Source: Blepharisma stoltei ATCC 30299
Lineage: Eukaryota; Protista; Ciliophora
Assembly (NCBI GenBank): GCA_965603825.1
Contig: CBFDEM010000057.1
Location: 496,001-560,000, forward strand
Length of the DNA stretch: 64,000 bases
Direction of reading: 5' to 3'
Positions within the stretch are counted from its first letter, which is position 1, and every line of letters starts with the position of its first letter. The notes under the pieces were generated by a model. It saw only the letters and a list, made by a program, of their open reading frames with translations, made no database searches and had not been told where the DNA came from. Shown here in pieces: positions 12,469 through 23,211 of this stretch. A program made the position numbers and the translations under genes.

Positions 12469-13983
12469 TTAATTTCTTGCAAAAGAAAATGTTTTCGTTG
12501 ATTCCAACCTATCTTTAAGCTGCTTTTGCTCTTTCGAAATTGCTGCCATATAGCGATCTAATGATTCTACCCCTACAATTGCAGATAGCAATTCTTTCAG
12601 GGTGATATTATATTTAGTTTCATAGCTGCTTAATAAGCACTCTTGAGCTAGCCTTTGAAGCTCTAATTCTTTAGCTTTTTTGACGACTTCTCTGAGTGAT
12701 TGTAAATGCTGGTCATTTATTTTATTTTCACTAATGCTGACTACCTTGCTCGGTCCATCTTCATTTGCTTGAGTGTCATCTTCATATACAACGACCATTT
12801 GCTTGGTGACCTTATCCCATACGTTTTTGGGTTTTTGAGTTTGAATATTTTTAGTTAATTGAAAAAGCCTTGCATGAATGTTATTTCATTTATCGTTTCC
12901 TGAAAAATTCATTGAACCTAGCTTTGAAATCCTGGCAAGCTCTTCTGACAACTGCTCGATTTCCACACTTTTTTGAGCCAAAAATAAAATTGAATGAATT
13001 GCATCAGTATCCAAAAAACTTGGAAACATTTCAGGGCTTACCGGCTGATTCAGCTTCCACAAACTCCTAACTATTCATACAAGCCCTTCACTTCTTGTAT
13101 CTTTTCCTTCTTTCAGTAAGCTTAAATAATGAGAAATCTGTGCATCTCTGACCATCCCCATTTGCTTTCTCAACTGCGTGCTTTGAGAGTCTAACAGTTG
13201 CAAAGGCTCAGCTCTTTTAGAAATTTCTTCTCCTATTGAAGAATTAACTTTTGCAGCTTCTTCTTGTCGTTTTGACAAGAGTTCTTTCAACTTGGCTTTA
13301 TAAGACATTCATTCAGAAAACTCTTCTGGGCTTCTTTTTTTCTTCTTCACTTCTTTAGTCTCTTGGATTGCGATCTGTGACTTAATTTTGTCGATTTCTC
13401 CTGCAAAAATCACTGACTGCTTTTTTATGTCTAAGCATTCTCTTCGAAGCTCTTCTCGCTTTTTATGTACATCTTTGAGTTCATTGAGAAGCTTTTCATA
13501 AGCTTTTTCGAGTTCATCTTCATAAAGTTTTAGGTATCGGCACTTGTCCTTGAAACCTTCGTCTTCATGTTTACGGGCCATTCGCTGCTTGGTTGTATGT
13601 TTTTGCAATTCAACGCTTGTGATTTTCTTCACAAGAGTTGGCAGTCGGTTTCGATATTTTCTTTCTAAAATGTGCCCTTCCACAAGATCTTGGCCAGCTA
13701 CACGCTTTTGAAGAGTAGATTGAGCTTCTTTTAAAGAACGAATAAACTCTAGCTGTCCTTCTTTTTCTTGAAAATCAAGCTTTTCGACAGCTGCACGTTC
13801 TTCGTCTTCAGAATCGTAGCTTAAACCATTTTTTGGGCTAGGTGATAAAGAATCAGATGACTTTTTGCGGACTGCTGTAAGAGGGAAGACGACAGATGCA
13901 GAGATTTGACGAGTTGTAGTTGATCTCAAAAGAGAAGGTAAGGTAATATAAAACCTGCTTCTAGTTTTTGAAGCTTTATCCAT
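12469..13983 (-). CDS. Hypothetical coiled-coil protein
   Basis: Three track ORFs are one frame joined by TGA=W (13309, 13075 and about 12887), e.g. DTRSEGLV-W-IVRSLWKLN. Confidence 0.8.
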
Positions 13984-14191
13984 GTCTAAATTATAATTAA
14001 TCTAATTCTGGGCCATAATGAAGCAAATCTTAATTAAAAAAATTTCCAATTTCATAGGTAAAAGTCAAAAGACACTTTGAATTTTGAAAAATAAAAAATA
14101 ATTTTGCTATTTTCATAATTCCATAAATGACATCAAAAAACTGAAATTAACCTTATTCTTGCAATTCCAGTTACATTAATTATAATAGCAA

Positions 14192-15821
14192 TTACTTATA
14201 TTTAGCTCTATATACCATCCTAACTACATGGCCAGTCCAAGAATCTAACGAATATTGCATATCTAAAAAAAACTTTTCCATCGATCTGTAAATAATTTCA
14301 TACTCAGATACAGCTTGGAGCTTATCAGAAATCCCATCATCATTTCTCTATATAAAATTTTACAGGTCTTAATTTTTCACCTTTTCTTCTTGCTAAAATT
14401 TCGTTTTCATCAATTAAGCCTTCTTGAGCTTGCCTTCCAGTTTTGCAAAATGTCATCAATACAATGTGCTGCAATATAGATCCTATAGTTCTTAAATTTC
14501 TTTATAAATATTACTGTTGGGTTTTAGAGCCTGGTCTTACTGGTATATGATTTTCTTGGCTATTTAAACAAAAATCTCTCACAATAATCCTTGATATAAA
14601 AAATGTGGCTACTAGCATCTTGCGCTTATTATCGTTTTGCTGTCATAATGCTCCAAATTCGTCCGTTTCAAGTCTAGATCTCTCAAAAGGCATTAAATAA
14701 TCTTGAGGGATATAAGACCCGTCGTCGATCAATTTATCGATAAAAACACGCAAAGGAACTCGCATTAGTTCTTCAGTAGTATTTTCTCTTAAGCAATCTA
14801 AAATTCCTTTTACTCTTACTTGGGTTTTTAATATTTTTGCTTTAATGAATTCTGTCTCTCTCAAATTGTTGTCTTTGTTTGACAAACTTAAATCAAGTTT
14901 TGGGTCATTTAGGATGGAAGTAAGCGGAATTTTAATAGCTTTCATTGTTCATTCCTTTGCAACTTCTGTAAAAATTTTTATAGAAGATTCCATGTTGTTG
15001 ATATTTTCAAACTTTTTCTTTCCCTTTTTCTCAAGAAGCGAACTTATAGCCATAATTGGGAATAATACAGCATATCCTATAGCTCGAAATAAACTTTTCC
15101 CTCTTAGTCCTACAACTCTCATTTCATGTTCTCTTTGACGTTTCTCAGCTGCCATTTTTTGCAAAATCTTAAATTTTTCTTCATCAGATAAATTAGCATC
15201 ATATCTATATCTTTTTTCTGCATCTGCATATAACTCAGCTTCGTCATCATCAAAATTCAACTCTGCAAGTACCCTTTTAAATTCCTGAGGATTTTCTTTT
15301 ACCCTCTTATACTGCTCCTCTACAAGAGTAGTAGTCTGCCCCTGAAACTGTATTTGTGGATTTTGTACAGGATTTTGATAAAACCCTTTCGTTTCTTCTA
15401 TTGGTTGATTTTTCTTGTTCATGTTTTCGATCATGCGCAGCATTATTTCTTGCTGCTTTTGTAGTGATGCAAATAAGACTGGCATTTCATTGTACTTAGG
15501 AGTCGCAGGTTTAACAGGTGCAGGAGGAACTTGTGCGCGTTTATCATACTCATTTAATAAAGAAATAAAGCTGTGGGCAAGTTTTTTGTCTTTGTAACGC
15601 TCTTGCTTAAATTCAATTTGTTTGTTAAGTTTTTCTATTTTATTTTCTATTTTTGCATAGCTTGGGCTTCGAAAAGGAGACACGCTGTGAGGCTGCTGAA
15701 AGGAGTAATTTATAGGATTTGGAGAATTCGCAAAAGAGTATTCAGGTTTGTAAAATGGATATACAGGCTTGCTTGAGGAAGTAATAATTCCTTTGCCAAT
15801 TCCAGACATGCGATGATCCAT
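14192..15821 (-). CDS. Hypothetical protein with two micro-introns
   Basis: TGA=W at 14949 and 14643. The frame is restored by removing 14500-14514 (15 nt) and 14348-14363 (16 nt), and ends at TAA 14192. Confidence 0.72.
14348..14363 (-). other. 16-nt spliceosomal intron GTAAAATTTTATATAG
   Basis: GT..AG; removal gives a further 51 open codons, while retention hits TAA within a few codons. Confidence 0.7.
14500..14514 (-). other. 15-nt spliceosomal intron GTAATATTTATAAAG
   Basis: GT..AG, A at position 10, contains an in-frame TAA if retained. Confidence 0.8.
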
Positions 15822-15859
15822 TTTTATTTAAGAAACGATTCAAGTTGATGTAATTAGAA

Positions 15860-16825
15860 ATGGAAGGAAAACCTTGGCCTATGGATTCCACCTCAACTGC
15901 TACCAAGCTCCTTGAAAAGCGGCGCATGATGTATGAGGTCAAAGAAGAGTTCGACCAAGCCAAAGAAGAAGAGCGCGAACGAGATGCGGAATTCAAAGAA
16001 AAAGAAAGTTACTTAAGAGCGAAGGATTTAAGCTTACAGCAAGGCCTTATTCAGTTTAACCAAGTTTTGCAGGAAAATGACTTGAAGCGTAACAAAGCCA
16101 AGAAAAAATACGAAGAGGAGCTGCGGCAGAAACGCCAAAAAGAAGAAAGGATTGAACAGCTAAATCATGATATCGAGGAATTAAGTTTCCGAGCTACATC
16201 GCTTGAAAAAGAAGTCACGAAAATGAGGAAATATGAAGACTTCTTGGAAAGAGTCAGAGAAAAGAACCCAGACGATTTTACTGACATTTCTGATATCCTT
16301 GCTCGCTACAATACTTTAAAACAGTCATATGAAGATTTGATGAAAAAGAGGCATCAGCTAGAAGAAGAGCTGCAGGATATAAAGTGGACTCGTGATCTCT
16401 ATGAAAAAGAGAAAAAAGACCAATTGATGGAGCTAGCTATCGACATAGCGAATACTCAAAAATCAATTGAAGATTTAGATATCATACGAAGTGACTTGCA
16501 AAAAGAAGTAGACACTGTGAGCTCAACAGCTACAGAAAAAGACTTAGAGCTTGGCTGCATGCTGACTGCTATTGAAAATTTGTATCAAAGATGCAAAACT
16601 GAGGAGCCAGGGATTCATCATGATAGAACCACAAAGGTTAAAGAAACCCAAAATTTAAATGACTACAATTATAGAGCGAAAACTGCAGTCTCCAAGCTAA
16701 ATGCTATCAAAGCTTACATAAAGGATATTGAAGACATTTTGGCAGATGAAAGATCAGTTGAACTATTGAAAGAAAGCACTCATTCCTCAATTGATAAGGG
16801 TGGAGCAACTAAAACAGAAGCTTAA
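15860..16825 (+). CDS. CFAP73: Cilia/flagella-associated coiled-coil protein CFAP73/CCDC42 (DUF4200)
   Basis: ATKLLEKRRMMYEV, FNQVLQENDLKR, YEDFLERV, ILARYNTL, LGCMLTAIENLYQRC. Confidence 0.75.
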   Translation: MEGKPWPMDSTSTATKLLEKRRMMYEVKEEFDQAKEEERERDAEFKEKESYLRAKDLSLQQGLIQFNQVLQENDLKRNKAKKKYEEELRQKRQKEERIEQLNHDIEELSFRATSLEKEVTKMRKYEDFLERVREKNPDDFTDISDILARYNTLKQSYEDLMKKRHQLEEELQDIKWTRDLYEKEKKDQLMELAIDIANTQKSIEDLDIIRSDLQKEVDTVSSTATEKDLELGCMLTAIENLYQRCKTEEPGIHHDRTTKVKETQNLNDYNYRAKTAVSKLNAIKAYIKDIEDILADERSVELLKESTHSSIDKGGATKTEA

Positions 16826-16849
16826 ATTCCATATTTTAATTTCTTAGTA

Positions 16850-18321
16850 ATGAAAAAGATAATAGGGATACTTGCTTTTAGTTTTCTCATCAAATCGTTA
16901 TTGTTCTGGGGATAGTAAATAACAATTAGTTTAAGCACAGATTTCGAAGTGCACAGAAATTGAATGGCAATCACCTATAATCTCCCTCTGTCCAAATGAT
17001 ACTATGAAGTAAAGTTGATTAGGCAACATCAATCTGAACAATGGATTATCCACCGGTTTTCGCATATTTCGAAAAAATGTTGAGTGCAATTGCAAGCTTC
17101 TTTGATAAAAAGATGCTAGAAATTTCATCAGCAGGCTATATCTCTACAAATACTATTGCCTATCAAAGAGCTACTGTAATTTTCTCTGAGTTAATTCTTG
17201 CTTACAGTGTTTATATTTATTCAAAGCCACGGACTCTTTTATCTGGATTAATTCTATTGAACCCTGGACTTATTTTTGTTGACCGTATTTTCTAATTAGA
17301 CATTCATTTTCAATACAATGGAGTTATGATAGGAATGCTAATTTTATCTATTTATTTTATGAATAAAGAAAAATATATAGAATCATCTATTATTTTTACT
17401 ATACTTTTGCTTATGAAGCATATTTTTCTTTATTTTGCTCCTGCTTATTTTTTGTTTTTACTAAAACACTACTGTTTTAAGCCATATTTCCAGCCCTCAA
17501 AAATAATTAAGCTTGGAATTTCAGTTCTAGCTACCTCAGCTGTCATTTTATTCCCATTTATGCAGCACCTCCCACAGATTTTATCGAGGCTATTCCCATT
17601 TGGACGAGGACTGACCCATGCCTACTGGGCTCCAAATATTTATTCCTTGTATAATACTTTTGATGCAGTTTTAAACATAATTGTCAATAAGAAATTAAAA
17701 ACTGAGTACATGCAAGGATTGGTGCAGGTTTGTAATCATGCAGTTCTATTTAATATTACTCCCATGATTTCATTCATTTTACTTGGAATTGGGCTATTTT
17801 TTGTAGGAAAATATATTTGAAAATATTCAGGAGAAAAAGATTTTTGTATCTCTGCTTGCATTTGCTGCTTGACCTTTTTTATGTTTGGGTGGCATGTGCA
17901 TGAAAAAGCTATTTTAATGGTATCCCTGCCAATTATGTAATTTATATACAGACTTATCTCAAAAGACTACCCCAAATATGCATTTCTTCTTAACTTTTTT
18001 GGAAACTTCAGTTTATTTCCCTTAATTTTTACCCCACTTGAGGAGCCATTCCTTTTGATATCATTTCTCCTCTTTACAATTTCTTTTACCTTATTACTAG
18101 ATATTTCAGCACTACTGCGCTATGAAAAAATTTACCTTTACTTTTCCTCAATAATCTACTTCATATATTTATTTTTCAACAAAATCACAAAAAATGACTC
18201 CTATATTCCTCTTTTATCTATGTCTGTAATTTTCATTTAGATTTACTGCGGAATTGGGATCTCATATATTTATTTCTCTCTCTTAAAATCACTACTTTCA
18301 CAGAAAAACAAAAAAGATTAA
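16850..18321 (+). CDS. ALG8: Dol-P-Glc alpha-1,3-glucosyltransferase ALG8, five micro-introns
   Basis: After splicing and TGA=W: [76 protein letters not shown]. Confidence 0.93.
16915..16929 (+). other. 15-nt intron (ALG8 intron 1) GTAAATAACAATTAG
   Basis: Removes in-frame stops and restores [10 protein letters not shown]. Confidence 0.9.
17009..17022 (+). other. Candidate 14-nt intron (ALG8 intron 2) GTAAAGTTGATTAG
   Basis: The only GT..AG excision that restores WYYE-ATSIWTMDYPP. Confidence 0.75.
17285..17299 (+). other. 15-nt intron (ALG8 intron 3) GTATTTTCTAATTAG
   Basis: Restores VD-H-IHFQYNG. Confidence 0.92.
17937..17951 (+). other. 15-nt intron (ALG8 intron 4) GTAATTTATATACAG
   Basis: Removes an in-frame TAA; the frame continues to [11 protein letters not shown]. 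Confidence 0.9.
18226..18240 (+). other. 15-nt intron (ALG8 intron 5) GTAATTTTCATTTAG
   Basis: Removes an in-frame TAG and restores PLLSMS-IYCGIG. Confidence 0.88.
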
Positions 18322-18341
18322 AATAAATTTCAATTATCTTA

Positions 18342-18848
18342 TTAGTGCTTCTTTTTTCTTGATACTTTTGTGATAGGTGTCCAGCCATCTTCTATTTCAG
18401 CTTGTACGTTGAGTTTTAATCCTACGTCTTTGTCTTCTGATTTTTCAGCTTCTGATGGGTCGACAAATTTATACCAAATTCCATCTCGGCCTTCGAAATT
18501 TTTTTGGTGTTTTTTGCCTTCGCCATGAGTAAGAAGAAATTCATCAGAAGTTAAATATTTTTCACAGTATTTGCAATATGCAATTTTACCATCAGGTATG
18601 ATTTGCTTTTTCTTTTTTGGCTTTTGGGGCTTTTGATTAGGCTTCTCTTGGGTAGTTTGAGGCTTTTTAGGAGCTTGTTGAGACTGAATATTAACTTGTG
18701 CTTCTTGAATGTTTTGAACCTTCTTTGGGCGCTTTGTGGGAGGTTGAGATTTTTTAGGACTAAATGAACTAATAATATAAGCTAGCACTGCTGCAGCCGG
18801 GATATAAATCAACAATCCATATGTATAGTACTCAATCTGATGATTCAT
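18342..18848 (-). CDS. Single-TM protein with U1/matrin-type C2H2 zinc finger
   Basis: N-terminal hydrophobic helix; YCKYCEK...HGEGKKHQKN. Confidence 0.75.
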   Translation of the reverse strand: MNHQIEYYTYGLLIYIPAAAVLAYIISSFSPKKSQPPTKRPKKVQNIQEAQVNIQSQQAPKKPQTTQEKPNQKPQKPKKKKQIIPDGKIAYCKYCEKYLTSDEFLLTHGEGKKHQKNFEGRDGIWYKFVDPSEAEKSEDKDVGLKLNVQAEIEDGWTPITKVSRKKKH

Positions 18849-19149
18849 ATTTGGATAATTTATTTGACGTGGTGATTTAAAAATGTCATATCAGCATAAA
18901 TAATGTGAGTAAAAAAGTAACAATTATAAGCAACTTACATTTTCTAATTTTTATGAAATTTAATTAAAGTAGAGTTTTACATTTTTAACTTTGGAAATGA
19001 TTGAAGGTCATGATGGATGTGATAATATTGATCAGATTTATTTAGCAATAAATAGCACAGTAGCTATCTTAATTAAATGAGTGCAACTGGTTATATATAA
19101 TTATGTGATTTATTATTAATCTTTTCAAAATTTATTTTATTTACTAAAT

Positions 19150-19644
19150 ATGATTGCTTTTATCTTTTATTTAGCTACTATTGCTCAAAGCATCAAAGTT
19201 GAATATGACAAAGGAAAAATTAAGGCATGTCTGGGTTTGTTGAGAGTCAAGCTAGAAGAGGCTGAAGATGAGCTAGAAGATATTTTAGCTACAACGCTAC
19301 AAGACGAAGAAATGGTCATTAATAAAATAGTAGCTGATATGATGACTAATTGCCTTACAAATATTACTGAAGAAACTACGAAATTTATTATGAATAATGA
19401 GACAATCACTCTAAATCCAAACTATAATTTTTTAGTAGCTTTCAATAAGCAGCAATTTTTCGAAGGCAAAGATCCTGAGTTAACTCCTTTGCAATTACAA
19501 ATTTTCGAGCAATTAAAAATTTACAGAAAAGAAATCGAGTCAAGGTCCTTTAATTTTTCTTACCTTTGAGGATTTTTAACATTTGCTTTAGGAATTTTTA
19601 TCTTCAAAAAAATCAAAAACTACAAAAAGATTAAGGAAAATTAG
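19150..19644 (+). CDS. Type I membrane protein of unknown function
   Basis: Signal peptide. TGA 19567=W leads into the TM segment WGFLTFALGIFIF and a basic tail, ending at TAG 19642-19644. Confidence 0.75.
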
Positions 19645-19747
19645 CAAATTAATTATCATCCCTATCACTAAAATCTTTAAATGTCATATTTTACCTCTAT
19701 CGCACTAATCCAATGGAGCATTATTTATTATTTCTAAAATTTGTGAG

Positions 19748-20719
19748 TTAACTTTTATCCTTTTTACTTTTCTTTGTAGGCTTGCTATCCTCTTTCCGTT
19801 TTTTAATTTTCTCTTTCAACTTATTCTGCTCTTTCTTCATTTTCTTTTTCACAGTATAATCTGGCTTAGCATTCTTTTTTCTGTTTTTTGGTCTCCCTTC
19901 CATTATCTGAACGTTTTCTTGCATTTTATATTCTTCAGGCAGTTCATATGCATTTTTCAGCTCTTTGCTTTTATTTCTAAACCTCATTGCCCCCATATTT
20001 TTTGGCTTTTCCTTATCTTTTTCTAGTTGTTTGTCACTTTTCGCCTTGTGAACCCTCAAACTTCTTCCTTTAAATTCTGCATTATTTTTCGATAAAGCTC
20101 TTACAGCTGAATCTTTTTCTTTAAAAGCAACATATGCAAACCCTTTCCCCATATGTGTGGCATGGTCTCTGATGATCCGCACATAGTCAATTTCTCCAAA
20201 TTCTTTGAACTCTTCCCATAGTTCTTCATCTTTGGTATCAAAAGCCAAGTTTCCAATAAAAATACTGTTTTTTATTTCTTTTTTAGGTTTTTCGGCGAAA
20301 TCTACCCTGAGATGGGATCCTTTGAAGTCTTGCCCATTTAAATCCAAGGACTGTTTTGCGTCTTCAGGGTTTTTGTAAAGGACATAAAAATTGCAAGCTG
20401 AGGCTCCATCTTTGTACATTTTCAGGGCAACCGCAGCTTTTATTGGGAGTTTTCCCCTTTCAACAGGGACACTTCTTTCTCACACTTTTTCTATCTCGCC
20501 GTATTGGCCAAAAAGCTTTTTAATTTGCTTTTTCTTGGTGGAAATGTCGACGTTCCCTACAAAAATCAGCCGATCTTCCCTTGACTTTTCATCTTTTTGT
20601 GGCGCTTCAGGGGTTTCTTCAGGAATTATAGGTTTTATAGGCTTTGGAGGTTCAAAAGGAGTCCCAGAAAATAAATCACTAGACTTATCGCTGCCAAAAA
20701 GCTTTGAGAGTTCAGTCAT
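19748..20719 (-). CDS. RBM34: Two-RRM nucleolar protein RBM34/Nop12
   Basis: IFVGNV, then via TGA 20480=W IEKV-W-ERSV; HLRVD; IFIGNL, GKGFAYVAF. Confidence 0.85.
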
Positions 20720-20852
20720 TTTATTACTAAATTATTCATTATCATACCAATCTTTGATAAATTTTACAGTTCTCAGATGGAATAAATAGATTCTAATAAA
20801 AAGGTTTGCTTAATAATATTTCATCCTTATAAATCTATGAAAAGGTTTTCTA

Positions 20853-21479
20853 TTATTCTAATCGTGTATAGTGATTAAAATCTTCTCTTCTAGGGATGAA
20901 TTTCTTCGAGAGCAATGTCAGCACAAATCCACACCCAGCAAATCCAATAATCATCATTGTGCTTATTTTTGTCTTATCCACACATTGCTCTGCCAAGCAA
21001 TCAATTTCACAGTCCTCAGCCTGCCCAATACAAGCGGTGGCGCACTTTTTTTCGCATTTTGTGGTCGCTTTCTCTTTGAGTGTGGCTTCCAATAGAGTTG
21101 TGCCTTGTTCTAAGGTTGTAATATTAGTTACTAAAGGAATTGAATATTGGGCTAGTCTTGATTCATGAATTGTAGGGACTAGGTCAAGAGGGTTGCATTT
21201 ACAGTTGTAATTGCATTTATATTGGTTAGCACCAGCCTCTAGACAGACAGTGAAGCAGGTTTGGTCACAGTCTGGGTATTTCAATGGGTTTTCGATTTGT
21301 ATCAACTGGCCATCAGGACTAAGCTTGTATAGAGGAACAACAGCGTAGATCTCTGGATTAAAGTCGCAACACCTTGGATAGCAATCGATGCCTGGAGTTA
21401 CGTCTAAGCATGACTGCATACAGGACTCTTTGCATTTTTGTGCGCCTACAAATGTTAGTAATAAAGCCAGTATGATCAT
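20853..21479 (-). CDS. Cys-rich type I membrane protein with three CxxxC-repeat modules
   Basis: Signal peptide MIILALLLTFVGA, CxxxCxxxC clusters, C-terminal TM and YTRL tail. Confidence 0.75.
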   Translation of the reverse strand: MIILALLLTFVGAQKCKESCMQSCLDVTPGIDCYPRCCDFNPEIYAVVPLYKLSPDGQLIQIENPLKYPDCDQTCFTVCLEAGANQYKCNYNCKCNPLDLVPTIHESRLAQYSIPLVTNITTLEQGTTLLEATLKEKATTKCEKKCATACIGQAEDCEIDCLAEQCVDKTKISTMMIIGFAGCGFVLTLLSKKFIPRREDFNHYTRLE

Positions 21480-21589
21480 TTTATTATTATATTTTTGAGA
21501 TTCAAATGAATTCTTCATGATTTATTATGATAGAATTTATTTCTTAGAATTCATATTTCAAGTTGAGCTATTGATAAATATAATAAAAG

Positions 21590-22318
21590 ATGGATAAAGT
21601 AAGAAAATCAATTCTTAAAGAAAATGCTCAAGAGTCTAAATTAGAGAATACACAAGAATTTAAACTAGAAACTGCTTCGATTTTTGAAAATTTAAATGCA
21701 TCTGAATCTTTGGAAAGTTTATTAATGGAAATTAAAAAGAAACTAGGATTATCGGAAAGCGGGGTTTTGGAATTCAAAAACGCAGTTAATAAAATTATCA
21801 AGAAATCTCTTTCAGAAAAAGAAAAAGAGTTACTATTATTAATAAACGAAAACAATCAGTTGAAAACTGATATAAAAAGGCTAGAGGAGCTATATAATAT
21901 CAAATGCGGAGAATCTATAAAAGTTATCAACGAAGCTGAATTAAATAGCAAAATAAAATACTTGGACTTTGAAAACTCTTCGTTAATTTACAAAAATAAA
22001 CTTTTATATACAGAAAAAGAAAAGTTTAAAAAACAAGCTGAATATTTCAAAGCTGACCTTGAAAAACTAGCCAAATCATCAAAAGAGAACCTAGAGCAGC
22101 TCAAAGAATTCCAATGCAGAAGAATGCAGCTCTATGACAATGCTGTAAAAAAATACGAAAAGTTACTAGAAGCTGAATCTGGATATGGAGATGTGAAAGT
22201 GATAACAGTAGAAGAAAATAATGACAATTCTATAAAAGTTTGCATTTTAATGGTTTTCTTCATCTTGATGTCCATATTCGGGATTTTCATTTTAGACAGC
22301 TCGAATACCTCCAAATAA
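21590..22318 (+). CDS. Tail-anchored coiled-coil protein
   Basis: Heptad-rich body; C-terminal hydrophobic helix VCILMVFFILMSIFGIFIL. Confidence 0.7.
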   Translation: MDKVRKSILKENAQESKLENTQEFKLETASIFENLNASESLESLLMEIKKKLGLSESGVLEFKNAVNKIIKKSLSEKEKELLLLINENNQLKTDIKRLEELYNIKCGESIKVINEAELNSKIKYLDFENSSLIYKNKLLYTEKEKFKKQAEYFKADLEKLAKSSKENLEQLKEFQCRRMQLYDNAVKKYEKLLEAESGYGDVKVITVEENNDNSIKVCILMVFFILMSIFGIFILDSSNTSK

Positions 22319-22403
22319 TGCCTAACAAAAATAAATTACTTTATTAGCTTCTCTTAATAATAAAAATAGTATTTTTACTGATTATTTTTTATCTGCCTCG
22401 AAA

Positions 22404-23192
22404 ATGAAACCAACGCATAGAAGAGCACACTCCCTTAGCGATCTTTATAATGTTCAGCCTTCATCTCCTTCTAAAAAGCAACAATTATCTCCAAAATTTC
22501 TATTAGACGTTATTTCTCAAGTAACTAAATCTCAACCCTCTGGCTCAGCTAAGAGCTTGCAGCCTTTCTTGCATAATATTGCATTAGAAGAGGAAGAAGT
22601 TCGTGCAAGAGAAAAGAAAACGCAAGAATATGTCTTGAAAGAAATGAGCAAAATCCAAACAATAGACCGCGAGTTTATGAAACAAAGATATTTAGCTCAA
22701 AAAACGATAACGTCTCCATCATTGACTGAGTCAAGATCACAGCCTGGCTCACCATTAAGTAAGATTTCGCTTAATAAAGTTAGGTTAATCCGTATGGAAA
22801 AGTTGAAAACTCCTAACAAATCGCCACCACTGACTGCAAGATCTAAGCATTTAGCTAAAATTCAAAATTTTATGCCAAATCCATCAGAATCTCCAATAAA
22901 AAGCCCACAAAATATAAAACAGCTAAATTCAGAGTTAAATTACTTCAGGAGGAGAGCGTCTATTCCTGAGCTGTGCTCCCCTGACGAATTTTTTCCTAAA
23001 TCTAAAAGAGCAGCTGTTAATATAGAAAAATCATTACAAGAAGATTATTATAAAGAATTCTCAGGCACCAAAAAAGCTGGACTAAGGGCAGATTTAATCA
23101 AACTGTCCTTTTGAAAGCAAGATTTGAATGGGTTTAAAAAAGAAGTTGATGGAATTATCAACTCATTTCCTCATAATAGGAATCGAAATTAA
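22404..23192 (+). CDS. Hypothetical Ser/Pro-rich basic protein
   Basis: Reads through TGA 23112=W to TAA 23190-23192. Confidence 0.7.
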
Positions 23193-23211
23193 TATATTTA
23201 TTTTAGCTAAA

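Noticed and set aside
23128-23211. N-terminal extension of ABAT in the ORF track
   Set aside because: It overlaps the true 3' end of the upstream gene once TGA 23112 is read as Trp; ATG 23212 gives a proper presequence.
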